Origin: Sminthopsis crassicaudata
Lineage: Eukaryota
DNA: 64,000 nucleotides
Assembly (NCBI RefSeq): GCF_048593235.1
Contig: NC_133617.1
Span: 530,080,958-530,144,957 of the forward strand
Direction: 5' to 3'
The position numbers and the translations under genes are program-made. Positions 37,111 to 50,105 of the stretch are shown one piece after another. The notes beneath the pieces were generated by a model. That model ran no database searches, was not told the origin of the DNA, and saw nothing but the letters and a program-made list of their open reading frames with translations. The stretch's first letter is position 1. Each line of letters opens with the position of its first letter.

Positions 37111-40100
37111 TAAAAAAACAATGCTTAGTTTAAGGAATAAAGTTTTCCAATAATGCTACTCTTGAATCTGACTCCCAAGCTGATACTTAGCATGATGGGT
37201 AATGGTTATCATTAATTTACTTAAAGATGCTAATAAACACATATGGTACAGAATTTTTCTTTTTTTTAATGAAAGAGATAGGACTCTAGTGAAGGTCAAT
37301 GGGTGAATGAATCTCCTGTATTCATGTTCTTACAAATAAATTCATAACATCTGTTTCTTTATTGCACAGTAAATATTTTTATCAAAATGAGATACATGCT
37401 ACAACTCAAAAGGACAACTATAAGCTAGTGTAATTAAAGAAACATCTCAGTCCTTCTCTTCTCAAATACATCCCCCAAAGATTTTTTTAAGCTTTTTTTT
37501 TTTTTTTTTTAAAGAACATCAGACTTATGGAATTTTATTAACTAGTGACATGTTTGATGAAACTTTAATTTGCCAACTGGCTAGGAAGACTTTCTGGGCA
37601 AAATTTTTCTGAGTATGGGAAAATAGGGAGGCATTTTGATATTGGGAAAGTAGAACAGAGTACCCATCCATCTCTAGGAGAATGAGATAATGAGGTAGAG
37701 AGAATGGCCTTGTGTTATACAAAAGCTCATGGTCCTCTAACTGGAGATACTCTCAGTACTCAAAGAAAAAAAGAATAAACAGTGGGTATCATTTTAACAT
37801 TGATGGCATCTGGGGCCAGGAGGTCTGTGTGACCTCAGGAAAGACAATATTAGTTTTCATATAGGAATGTCTTACATCTCAACAAATTTGGTTTTAAAAA
37901 ATTGGTAGAAGTTTTGGAGTTGATTATCTGATGAGTAAACATGATCTTCCCTTGTGGAACATGGGAACCTAAAATAAATAAAGTAAGGGATTTCTGGATG
38001 TTGATTTCAAACATTCCCTCCTCATAAGATGAAAGTAAGCCACATCCCTGATATTTGGGACTCAGAGAATGTCTATCTTTTATTATTCCAATTTTGTGAA
38101 TTTAAAAAAATTCCCTCATTTTCCTACTCAAAGTTATCTGCCTAGAAATTAAGTTTGTAACTCAGATCATAGCCATGTTTAATGAGGAGTCTAATCACTT
38201 TCTTATTTCTGTCACTTTTAAGCCCACCATTTCACTTGTTCCTCATTTACTTGATCATCCCAAACTCTAAAGAAATCCAAAAGTGTTTTCTTTTTCTTTA
38301 ATACTATCTTTCCCATTAATTAGCTCAAGCACCACCCAAATCTATAAAGGACTTAATGAATTGAAGAAAAACAGTTCCCAAAGGTTACTACTCTTATTTT
38401 AAATGTTTAAGAAAATATTAAAACACAATTTATTAACAAACAAAAACAGTTATAAAGCAAAGATATTAAAAATATTTACAATATTTAGGTTCTAAAAAAG
38501 TTCGTAGTCAGAATTATCTCAAATTTTCAATATAATAATAAATGACTCCTCTTCCCTTGTAGAGAAATTATTCAGATCACACTACAATACTGATTAAAAT
38601 TTCTTTAGTCTTTTTTTTTTGTTTTTGTTTTTGTTTTTGTTTTGTCTCAAGGTAAGAGAGAAATTTAGCCCCTTAGGAAGCAAAGATAGTTTTCACACCT
38701 CACCCCCCCCTTCAGTTATCTGAGTAAACATCCTTTCAGCTTCTTTCAAATTCACTATCAAATGTTTTTTATAATGTTTGTGTACAACTAACATCTAAGA
38801 TAATTCTGATGAAGAGAGTTTCACTTTACCTCCTCCCTCCTGGAATTTCCCCATGGGCTCTATATAGATTACAGATAAAATATATTTTCTCCCTGACTCC
38901 ACAGGGAGAAAGAAGCACATCAGAGTAAATAATTTTTCAACTGACAATTCAAATTGCTTCTTTTAATATACATTTGACTCTTAAAGCTATAGTAATATGA
39001 TAATAAATATCAATAATCAACCTACAAGACAAATGAAACATCTACATATTTATTATGGGAGGCAGCATAAGGAGTTAGTACTCCAAATCCAGGGATTTGG
39101 AATCAAAAGACCAAAATTCAAATTCCAGATTTGCCACTTATACGTTTCTTTTAATTTTAGTTTCCTTATCCATAAGATGAAGAGATTGCATTGGGTAATT
39201 CCTTGGGATCCTTCCAGTTTTAAATCTTATGACTTTTGTGATTTACTTATGTATGTATTGAGGAATGAAGCCATACAGGTTAAATAGAAACTAGTGACAG
39301 TAGCAGGGACTAGTTCTACCTCAGAAGAATCTTTCATTATGGATAGAGTAGCTTTGGAAATAAGATTCCAGCAAAGAGGAAACTGGAACACTAGCAGCAG
39401 TTCTGATAACTATGAAAAAGTGGCAGGGTTCTGGTTTGTCAATACTGAGAAATACAGATTACAGGTCATGGTCTAGCATGAACAAACTGGAAAAACAAGT
39501 CTAAGTCACAGTGTGGACTTAGAAAGTCCTCATGACCTTTAATAAAACAGAGTTTTTAAACATTCCTCAAGAAAAGACTAGAGCTCAGTAGAAACTCCAA
39601 CATGAAAATATAGGAAAGAAAAGGTATATTTGGGTAATTGGAAAGTGTAATATTTATCAATATATTAATTAAATTAATTAAAGTATTAAACACTAATGAA
39701 ATATTGGGGGAGGAGAAACATGTCCTTTCAGGATCCAAATGTCTTCAAGGGTCACAAAAAGAGTTTAAGTAACAATAGACATTGACAAACAATAGAAACA
39801 GGCCAATGGCCCTGCCTTATCTCCCTGAAGAAGCTCCCACTTTCATTGGTGTGGGGTCATCACTTGTGGAGCTATATACTTTGCTGACAGCATCCCATGC
39901 TGCTTTTCTGAGGTGCATCCAGGAGAAAGCAGGCAAGGGTCATTTTCTAAACTACAAAGCAAACAACAGAGGCGTGCAGGGATGGTGATGTTAGGCAAAC
40001 TAAATTTTAGACAGAGGTCTAGTGACCATGGTCACACACAGACTTGCCTCTTTTGTCTTTTTTGTCTAATTTTTCCATCAATAACCATTTCTGTTTTTTA

Positions 40101-40299
40101 AAAAGAACACAAAATTATTTTGATGATTGCTGCTTTGTTGTAAAGCATCTGGTACTACTATTCATGGGGCAGCTAGGGAGTGCAGTGCATGGCATACAGG
40201 GCCTGACTACAAATCAAAGGACAAAGATTTCCTATCTATGCATGTCCTGCCAGCTATCATCAGGCACATACAAGGAGTTAGAAAGAAGTAAGGTTTTAC

Positions 40300-40560
40300 C
40301 TTGCAGCTGCAAGTTGGTCTTCAGTCATTTGGGGCATATCTGACTTTATGAGCCCATTTGGAGTTTTCTTGGTGAAGATACTAAAGTCGTTTGCCATTTC
40401 CTTCTCCAGCTCATTTTACAAATGAGGAAACGGAGGCACACAGGGTTAGACGACTTGCCAGGGTCCCACAGCTACTTAAATATCAAAGGCTACATTGGAA
40501 CTCAGGAAGATGAGTTTTTCTGAGTTCAGGCCTGGCACTCTGTGTATAAGAAGCCACCTA
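40300..40560 (-). mobile_element. Mar1-type CORE-SINE
   Basis: ttttcttggtgaagatact...gccatttccttctccagctcattttacaaatgaggaaacggaggc. Confidence 0.8.
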
Positions 40561-40624
40561 GTACAACAATAGACTGTGGTAGTAAGTCTATATTTAATTT
40601 TAAAAAATTCAAAATAAAACAAAA

Positions 40625-41150
40625 TTGATACCTGGGTTATATGAATATAATGGAATGTTATTGTTTTATAAGAAACGATCAGAAGGCTGATTTTAAAAAG
40701 GACTAAAGAGACTTACATGAACTGATGCTCATTGAAGTGAACAGAACCAGGAGATCATTGTACACAGCAACAAGATTATACAATGATTAGATGTTATGGA
40801 CATGGCTCTTTTTAACAATGAGGTGTTTCAGGCCAATTCCAATAGAATTATGATAGAGAGAGCCATCTGCAGCCAGAGAGAGGACTATGGAAACTGAATG
40901 TGGATCACAACATAGTATTTTCACTCTTTTTGTTGTTGTTGTTTTCCCCCTTTGATCTTATTTTTCTTGGCAGCATGATAAATGTGGAAATATGTTTAGA
41001 AGAATTGCACATGTTTCACCTATATTGGGTTATTTGCTGTCTAGGGGAAGGGGGAAGGAGAAAAGTTGGAACACAAGGTTTTGCAAGAGTGAATGTTGAA
41101 AACTATCTTTGCACATAAAAATTAGAAGCTATTATCATAAAAAAATTGCT
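40625..41150 (+). mobile_element. L1 3' end
   Basis: gacttacatgaactgatgct...gaaccaggagatcattgtacacagc...ggaacacaaggttttgcaagagtg. Confidence 0.85.
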
Positions 41151-41996
41151 CCAGTGGGGGAGTGGACAAAAAATGTAATTATCAGAAGAGGGTCCAAATG
41201 GGCACTTGAATTTAAAATTATGGTGTTTCTATTTAATATAATGGTGTGAAAGACTGTATAAAAAAACTAGCTTTCTCTCAAATCCAGTAAATATCTAAAA
41301 TGTACTCCAGAAAGTCCTCTGAAAAAAGATAGCCCAGGGCTGCACACACAAATAATAGCCACAAAATGCTGGAGGATGGTCAAAGGGTCAAAGCCAGGTA
41401 AACTAATAAACAGTGAAAGAGAATGAAGGGGGTAGAAAGTCATACTAGAAAAACTAAAGTGAATGAATGAACTCTAACAGCCAAGAGCTAACAGAAATGG
41501 AGAAAGAAGAGGAGACCAAGGAAACTCATACAAATAGAGATTAAACCAACCAGCATTCCCAACAGGAGCATCACAAACCAGTGACCACTTCAGAAGCAAA
41601 AGAGGTTAAGGAAACCATCTGGAATTTAGAAAGCCTGGGAAAGCAGTGGGAAGGAAGTTAGCAGCTCTCAGAAACACAATTCAAAGCTTTAAGAATTCTG
41701 AACAGGCAAATCACAAGCCAAGGCTCTTTGTAAAGATAATGCAGGACACTCAAGTCCTATAAGCCTCTGAATCCAGAGGCTGGCCTTGTCTTATCAAAAG
41801 ACTTTGAGATAGAACAGATCTAGCTCCTCCCGTTGGTCATTACACAAGGAAATGCCACCTGGCAGCTATTCCTCTGAGCAAAGGGGTAACTGAGAGCTGG
41901 ATTAGGAGAACTGTGTATGAGTCTCCAAGACAATGTGATTTTTAACACCCCAATAGGTCCTTTTAAAACAACAATGAAGGGTAGAAACCAATTCTT

Positions 41997-42165
41997 TTTT
42001 TTATATATATTTATTATTTTTTTTAAATAATATTATCCCTTGTATTCATTTTTCCAAATTATCCCCTCCCTCCCTCCACTCCCTCCTCCCCATGACAGGT
42101 AATCCCTTACATTTTACATGTGTTACAATATAACCTAGATACAATATATGTGTGTAAATACCATT
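41997..42165 (-). mobile_element. short, heavily 5'-truncated L1 with perfect 15-bp TSD
   Basis: TSD tagaaaccaattctt at 41982-41996 and 42166-42180; polyT at left; TTCTT/AA endonuclease-type site. Confidence 0.88.
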
Positions 42166-42599
42166 TAGAAACCAATTCTTAATGGAACATAATGCAAAAA
42201 GAAGAAACAAGAAGCAAGTAACCCACAGTGGACAACCAAGAAATTAAAATAAAATGAGATGATAGGGCCTAATACCAGCTACCCAAAATAAATTACCATT
42301 GATGTTCAGCTTTCAGAGAAGACAGGGCCAAATAAAACCATCCAATGCCTCTAAGAGCAGAGAAAGACAAGCATAAAATCTCAAATCCCAAAGATGATGA
42401 AAATGTAAGTAAACATAAGAAAATACCAAGCAATTTCTGTGAAATATTATAGGTTAAAAAATCCAGAAGAGAATAAACTCACAACTACAAGTAGATCCTA
42501 CAAGTAGTTCTTTTAAAAATAGAAATGTTTATTAATGGAAAAGATTAGGTACACAAAAGAAACTGAACACAGTAGCATCATGTTCAATAAACAAAACAA

Positions 42600-44900
42600 A
42601 CTCTAGGTAAGAACTCACTATTTGGCAAAAACCAATTGGGGAAAACTGGAAACTCACCTAGGAGAAATTATGCTTAGTTCTAATTTCCCATATTATATAT
42701 TAATTAACTCTAAATGGATATGCAAGCTAAATAGAAAAGTTCATATCATAAACAAAACAGAGATGAGTGGAAAAAGATACTTTTCTTTCTTTCTTTCTTT
42801 TTGCTGAGGCAATTAGGGTTAAATGACTTGCTCAGGGTCCCACAGCTAGGAAGTATTAAGTGTCTGAGGACAGATTTGAACTGAGGTCCTCCTGACTTCA
42901 GGGCCAGTGCTCTATCCATTTATGCCATGTTGCCCCTGAGAGATACTTTTCTTAACTATGTAGGATAATTCTTGATCAAACAAGGAACAATCAGAATGAA
43001 TAAAACGGTCAATTTTAATGATATAATTTGAAAAGTTTTGTACCCCCCCCAAAAAAAAGCAATGTAATTAGAATTTGAATGGTAAATAGTTAATTGAAAT
43101 ATCAGCAAGTTTATCTGATAACTGTCAGAAAATCAAGACAAATAAGAAATTTACACAAATATATGAAAACAAGAGCCATTCCCCAATAGATATACAATAA
43201 AAAGACATGTAATGGTAGTTGTGTCAAGGAAATAAATCCAAGCTATCAGCAACCATATTTTTTTTTTAAAAAGCCTCTATTTAAAAAAGCAAAAAATCTC
43301 AAATTCTTAATTACAAAAGAAATGAGGGTTAAAATAACTATAAAATTCCATCTTATAATCAGTGGCAAGTGTTAAAAGGTGCCGTGGGGGAGCAAGCACA
43401 TACTGAACAATTTACATTGGTCTGACCATTCTAAAAAGTGATTTAGGAACTATTCTCCAAAGTCATTAAATTGTGTATGCCCTAGGCTTATGATCTGAAA
43501 GGACAAGGAAAAAAATTAAAGGAATCACATACAAAAAGTATATATCAATATATATAATATATATATAATATATATATAATATAACAGAAAATTTTTGAGA
43601 GGAAAGGAAGAATGAAAGCAAATGGAGTGTCCATATATTGTGGAATGTCTGAACAAATAATGGCATAATAAGATAATAGAATGTAATATGAAAAATTATG
43701 AAAAGGCTAAATTCAAAGAAATCAAGGAAATTTTTGTATGAAATAATGCAGTTAAGTGAACAGAATCACATTTATGCAATGATCAAAATATAAATGAAAA
43801 CTAAATATTTAAGAACTCTGATCAATGTAATGACAAGAATAGTTCCAGAAAAACCAATGACGCCAGCTCCATTTCTTGGTGGAGAGATAAATAGAACGTA
43901 TGTAAATACACAGTGAGACATACAACTTCCAATATTGCCATTATAATACACATTTGTTTTGTCTACCTTTATTTCTATTATGAGAAAGGTCTTTTATTTG
44001 CTGTGGGGGAGATCAGAAAATGGGACAGTGTTGACAGGGAAGAAGAAGAGGGTGGAGATAGTAATAACAAAACAATAAAGAAAGGAATGTCAAAAAATAT
44101 TTTTAAAATACACAAAAGACAGCAGAAGGAAATTCAGAAGAACACAAGGCAAACAAGGCAATGTTGGTACTACCATGTTATGGATTTTAATTTAAAATTA
44201 GCAAGAAAAGTGACAAAACTGTCTATATGCTTGTCCATATGCTTCAAGAAAGTTAAAAGCAGAAATAAATGTCCAATATATTCCAAAAGATTCACAATAT
44301 TATTCTTTGTAGTAAAAAAGAATAGGAAACCAAATGGGTGCTCATTGATTAGAAATGGCTTTAAAAAGCTATGATATATGAATGTAATAGAATGATATTG
44401 TACAGTAAGAAATGATGGATAAAAGGAATTCATAGAAATGTTGAAACTGATTTATGTTGTATGAAGTGATGAAGACAGAAATAAGCAGAACCAAGAGATA
44501 CTGAAGCTGTATGCTGAGTAATAGAAAAATGGAAGATACAATGAAACAAAAGAGGAAATGTAAAATTTCTAAAGCAGATGTTTTTGCTTACTTTTCTTTG
44601 TAATAAGAAAATATTCAAGCTGGGATGTGAATACAAAACCCAGCAAAAAAAAAAAACACCCAATTTTTTGTAAGAAAGATATAATTTGGAACATGGCACA
44701 TGGAAAGGGTTACATATTGTTAGATACAGACATTGTGTCAGACTAATTTTTTGGTGGTGTTTCAAAGAAGAGATCAATGTAATAATGGTAGAAAAAGAGA
44801 CAAGGGGAAATATCTATGGGTATGTAAACAAAAAATTAATGTATATTAAATTTTTAAAAATTAAGAATAGTCTGTCAAAAATAGAAACCTAGCATGACCT
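42600..44900 (+). mobile_element. old L1 ORF2/3' fragments (fragmented, SINE-interrupted)
   Basis: ORF remnants NWGKLETHLGEIMLSSNFPYYILINSKWICKLN (L1 ORF2 W.NW...LDP..TPYTKINS.WI..LN) and CPIYSKRFTILFFVVKKNRK. Confidence 0.75.
42781..42937 (-). mobile_element. WSINE1 inserted in L1, 13-bp TSD
   Basis: agatacttttctt on both flanks; (TTTC)n tail. Confidence 0.88.
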
Positions 44901-47900
44901 AAGAATAATGAGTAGAACTAAGGACAACAAAAAGGGTATTTTATTTAGTTTTTTTTAAGTTCTAGCTCTGTTTTGGAAAATGAAAGATTAATGAATGGAG
45001 AGGTTACTCACCGCTGGTGATAGAGACATGATTACAATGGATAACCACAGTCAATTTTAAGATGCTTAATTCTTACCTTGCTTCTGTTTTCTCCATGAAG
45101 GAAAAAGGTCTTTGGAATGGAAAGAATGGAATGAAATGGGTAACTAATAGTAGTTGCAGTGCCATATTATGTTAGGCTATTGAGCAGGACTGCCATCATT
45201 CCAAATGCTCACCTCCAACCTTAATGAATATTAAGTGATTAATTTCATCACCTTCCCTAAAAATCTTGGCTTCTCTCATCTGGAGGAATTGTTTCTTTTC
45301 AGACTTAGCTAGGAAAACCAATGAGAAAAGGAAGTAGCTAAGGTTCTAACCTCAACATCAGACCTGGCTTATCCCAATAATTCCTAGCCAAAACTGCTGA
45401 TTTATTTGTCTAAAAAGATCCCTCCCTTCTCTAAAAAAGTATAAAAAAATTTCATCAGTAATTCTGGTCACAATAGATAACAAGTAGCTGAACCAGTTTT
45501 TCAGTCAAGTTCTTTGATTTGAAATCCAATGCTTTAAAAAAGCAAAAAGAGTGCTCTAGTAAATGTCCACACAGTTTAAGTCCTCCATCAATAAGATATC
45601 ATACTTCTGTGAAAGCTCTATGATCTATTTGGAACTCATTGTCCATTTCCTTCTTCTGGCTGGGTGATTGATAGTATATTCCTGCCAAAATATCCTTTTT
45701 GTTCCTCTTTCCATTGATCTGTATCCAAATGCTCTCTATACAATGCTTTCCCCTTCAATTCCCATACCCTCATATACAAGATATACAATGCTACTCTAAT
45801 GTTCCTTTTATTTAATCTTTTCCTTTTATCACCATATTACCATTATAAATCTGATCAAATCTCAATAATCTCTATGAGAGTAACTCTAAATTCCATGAGT
45901 ACAAGGGTTGTGATTTTCTTAAAACTTTACACCTTCAACAAATATCAGCTAAGTATTCTAAATGTTTAATTTGTTTTTAGGATTTGATGAGATGACAGTC
46001 TACAAATAGGGTTTGTAGATAACTCTGGCTATTTTAGTCTATTATATAATGACCATATTCCTATATGGGGCAATAATTTTAGGTGGCAGAAAAAGAAATA
46101 ATTGAATTGTAAAATATTCAAATCCTCAAAGTTCAGTCTCAACTTAAGAAATTGCATGTGAAATTTCTAATAAGAACTATGTTATAATGCTGATATTATT
46201 GGTCTAGAAAAAATATACAATTTTATGAACTGGTTATGTCCCATAAAGATTCACTATGCTTCGCTGTACAGAGAGGGATGGGGAAGAATCACGAAATCAC
46301 GCTTTGTCTGAGGTGAGACTAAGTGATCCACAAAAGAAAATAATGAAGCCAAAAGATGCAGAAGAGCTTTTGACTAAACTCAAATAGCAAAAAGAGAACT
46401 AAAATTCATTGTCTTCTGACTACTCCCAGTCCAGTGATCAGTAATCCAGAGACAAGGCTCCCCTTGCTATTCCCAGAACAAGATCTCCTGATTCTAAACA
46501 TTTTCACTTCATGCCTAGACAAGTTTACTTATTTATCTCTTTTTGGTTTCCATTGCTTCCAGTAAAAATCCCACCAACTTTTCTAATTTCCAATCTTTCC
46601 TAATTCTATTCCCTCTATTGATTATTTCCATGTATCCTCTCTATACCTTGTAGGTACATAGTTGTTTGCAAGTCTCTCTAATTACCAAGGGATCTCCATA
46701 AGAGGATAGGTTGCCTTTTGTCTTTCTTTTTTAATCCAGGGTATGACACCTAATAGTACTTATTAATAAATGCTTATTGATCTTTTGAGTACTAGTACAT
46801 CACACTATTCTATGTAATTTGTCCCACAGTCAAATTTTATTTGCCATTCACTGAAGTGCTTTGTAATGTGGTTTTAAAATATAATTTTATTAAAAATGTT
46901 GAACACTTTTAAGATGAACTCTTTCTTCAGATTTCTAATTTTCCTACTCATGCCAGGAACTTTATTAAATCAAAAACTTCAATAATTTGATCATTTCATA
47001 CATGTTGGCATCCCCTCCAAATAATCAACAAGCATTCAATAAATACTTGTATTCCAGGCACTATAAAAGGTTCTAGAGAAAAAACCCAAAAATTAAACAA
47101 TCCCTGTGCTCAAAGAATTTCCATTCTATAAGGAGAGGTAATGTATATGTGTGAAATTATACACAAAAAGATAAAGGAGTCTCAATTAATGTGACTAATG
47201 AATCCTGAATCCATACTGCACACTTCCATTGAGCTGGGACCAATTACCAAATTTTATATATAATTTTGACAACTGTGCAAAACTGAATAATGTAACTACT
47301 TCATGGGATCCTTCACACTAAACCCCATATATAAACACAAAGTAACAGGAATGGAAGAAAATGGGGAGTAGGGGAATAAAGAAAGAATTCATCCATGCCT
47401 TCTCATCTGTAGGACACTCATCCACATTTTTCCATAAATTTCAATTCAGCATGTAGAGAGGTTTCCTAGACACTTACTCATGCATACAGGCTTCCCCACT
47501 AGCTGTACCATACTCTCACTACATGATTAATTCACTTCCTGTCAATTATCTTGGTTGACATTCTTGTTAGTTATTTTTTAAATTTATTTTTATTTTATTT
47601 ATGTCCACCAGACATCATTTCTTCCATATGGTGACAGAATTTTCCCCTTTTGTTATATCCCATTTTTATACTGAAATTTCATATTGAAATTCAAATGCAA
47701 GAGAATATTTCATGGGAAAACAGAGAAACCATTTAACTTTTCTTTTGAATAGACTTTGTTTCCTATGCCCTGAACTGGGAAAACTAGATTGGAAGGTCTA
47801 ATCCTCTGGTAGTCTTGATTTCCTCCGGGATAGGAAGATTAGGAGTTTTTCTGGGTCACATAATTATAACTGCATATAAAATATTTAGTTAAACTTTATC

Positions 47901-48027
47901 TTTGTTCTTTTTCTAATAATTTTAAAATACTTTGTAAGAAAAAGTTCAATTTAAATTACAACTATATTGAAAAATAATATTGGAGAAAAGTTGAACCATT
48001 TTAAAATATCTATTCACAGATATCCTA

Positions 48028-48558
48028 CAGTAGCATTTTTCACAGTGTGGCCTAGCATCCCCAAGAGCCCGTTAGAGGGTCTACTAGGTCAAAACTATTT
48101 TCATAATGTAACTAAAATGCTATCTTCTTATTAAAATACTTCTCTCTTTTCCAACTACCTATCTATGTGAGGCTTGATTTTCTTCATGTACATCAAATGA
48201 GCAGACTAAATGCAGCAGTAGGGACATTATGTTTTGTTATGCCAGATTTGCCAAAGTGATTTGCCAAAATATCTTTAAAAATAACACCATTCTTCTAAAT
48301 TTTATTTTTGTTTAAATTTTTTATTTTTTCCACTTTATTTTCTTTAGGAAAATAGTTATTTTTCATTAAAATACTATTTATTTAATATGTAATGAGTTTA
48401 TCATTATCTTTAAGAAATGTTATTTTAAAAAAATTATCCACTTTAATTTCTAATATGATAACTGTTGATATCCATCATCTCTAAACAAAAATCCTTGGCT
48501 GGGGGTGAGATAGGGAATCAATAAAATAAAAAGTATAAAAAAAGTTTGAAAACTGCTG
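48028..48558 (+). mobile_element. hAT-Charlie-derived non-autonomous DNA transposon
   Basis: CAG...CTG termini; aggtcaaaactattttcataat Charlie1-like motif; degenerate 8-bp TSD atatccta / acatccca. Confidence 0.75.
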
Positions 48559-48774
48559 ACATCCCACAGCAAATCACAGCACTAGAGCAATGGTATCTCT
48601 AATAATTAAAACTTTTTTTTTTCCCAGAACTCCAAGGATGATTAAATATACAAAACTTTTCGATATGCTAAAAAAGTATATAATTATAAATCTGTACTAT
48701 CACAACTTTTAGTCAATTTATTTGTTTATTTTTAAAATCTTCACTTTCAATTTTTTTTCTGCTTGGAAAAAACC

Positions 48775-48900
48775 TTCAGGGCAACACAGTGACTGACCCT
48801 AGAGTCAGGAGGATTAGTTCAAATTTGATCTCAGATATTTACTATTGCAGTGACTCTGGGTAAATCACTTAGTCCTGGATTGCCTAAACAACAACAAAAA
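48775..48900 (+). mobile_element. CORE-SINE (diverged WSINE/SINE1-like)
   Basis: B box agttcaaatt, gtgactctgggtaaatcactta, (CAA)n tail. Confidence 0.7.
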
Positions 48901-49832
48901 AACAACAACACTCTCTCTACCTTCTCTACACATACCAAATAATAAATTTCAGAATTATTTTTTAAAAAAAGTATCCTAAACATAAGGAACTTTGGCTTAT
49001 CAAAATAAAACCAGGGCAAAAACTACAAGGAACAGTCTTTGGCAAGATAATAACAGCTGACACTGATAAAAGCAGCTCTGTTCTTTACCAAGTATTTTAC
49101 AATATAATATCTTATTTGATATTCAAAACAACTATTTGGAGAGATCATGATCCTATCATATAAAGTAGAAAATTCTACAATTACTTTGTGTGTCACTGTG
49201 CTTAATTGATCATAGAATCTTCTAATTGGAAGAGGCCTTAGAGGTATAAAACCCAGCATTGACCTGAATAAGAATTTACTCTATATTTGAATCCTTTTGC
49301 TCCTAATTACTCCCTCTCAAGCCATAGAAAGCAAGGGTTTCCACATGACAACCCTTCAAATATTTGAAATTAGATGACTTGTTCCAACTAAGTCTTCCCT
49401 TCTCCAGGGCAAATATTGCTGGTCTCTTGAATCTATTCTCCACTGAAATAACTGCTTAAATGTAGTGTTTATCCCTTCCATTAAAAATCTGAACTGTAAG
49501 CACCCCAACCCCTTTAAAAAAAAAGCTAAGCTGTGAATCCTTGATCAGGAACAAAACTTATTATGTTGTTGTTTCTATAAGAAAATCTTATTTTAATTCA
49601 TTTTGATTTTTAGTGACTCTTGCAGGAATGCATAACCCTACACTTAGTAAAGCACTGCCTATAATAAAAACAAAGAGAAATTCCCAACTAATCTCTTTGC
49701 TCCAGTAAATTTAAATACTTTTTAACAGCTCAGGGTTAGATTTAACTCTAAAAAGTAGCCCAAGATAAAAGAGATTCTAGTAACAGTATAGACTATACCA
49801 CTATCCCTAACTTTCCACAAAATGAATTAGCA

Positions 49833-50105
49833 TAGGCCATAGCAGCTAGATGGTATAGAGGACAGAGCACTGGGCCTAGAGTCAAGAAAACTCATCTTTC
49901 TAAGTTCAAATCTGGCCTGAGATACTTACTAGCTGGGTGATCTTTGGCAAGTCACTTAATGTTATTTGCCTCAGTTTCCTCATCTGTAAATGTAAATGTA
50001 AATTTTTCTTAATCTGGAGAGGAAATGACAAATCACTCCAGTATTTTTGTCAAGAAAATCCCAGATGGGGTCATGAAGAGTTGGACATGACTGAACAAAA
50101 ATATT
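49833..50105 (+). mobile_element. Mar1-type CORE-SINE
   Basis: Head, CORE and tail ctccagtatttttgtcaagaaaatccc...gaagagttggacatgactgaac. Confidence 0.85.
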
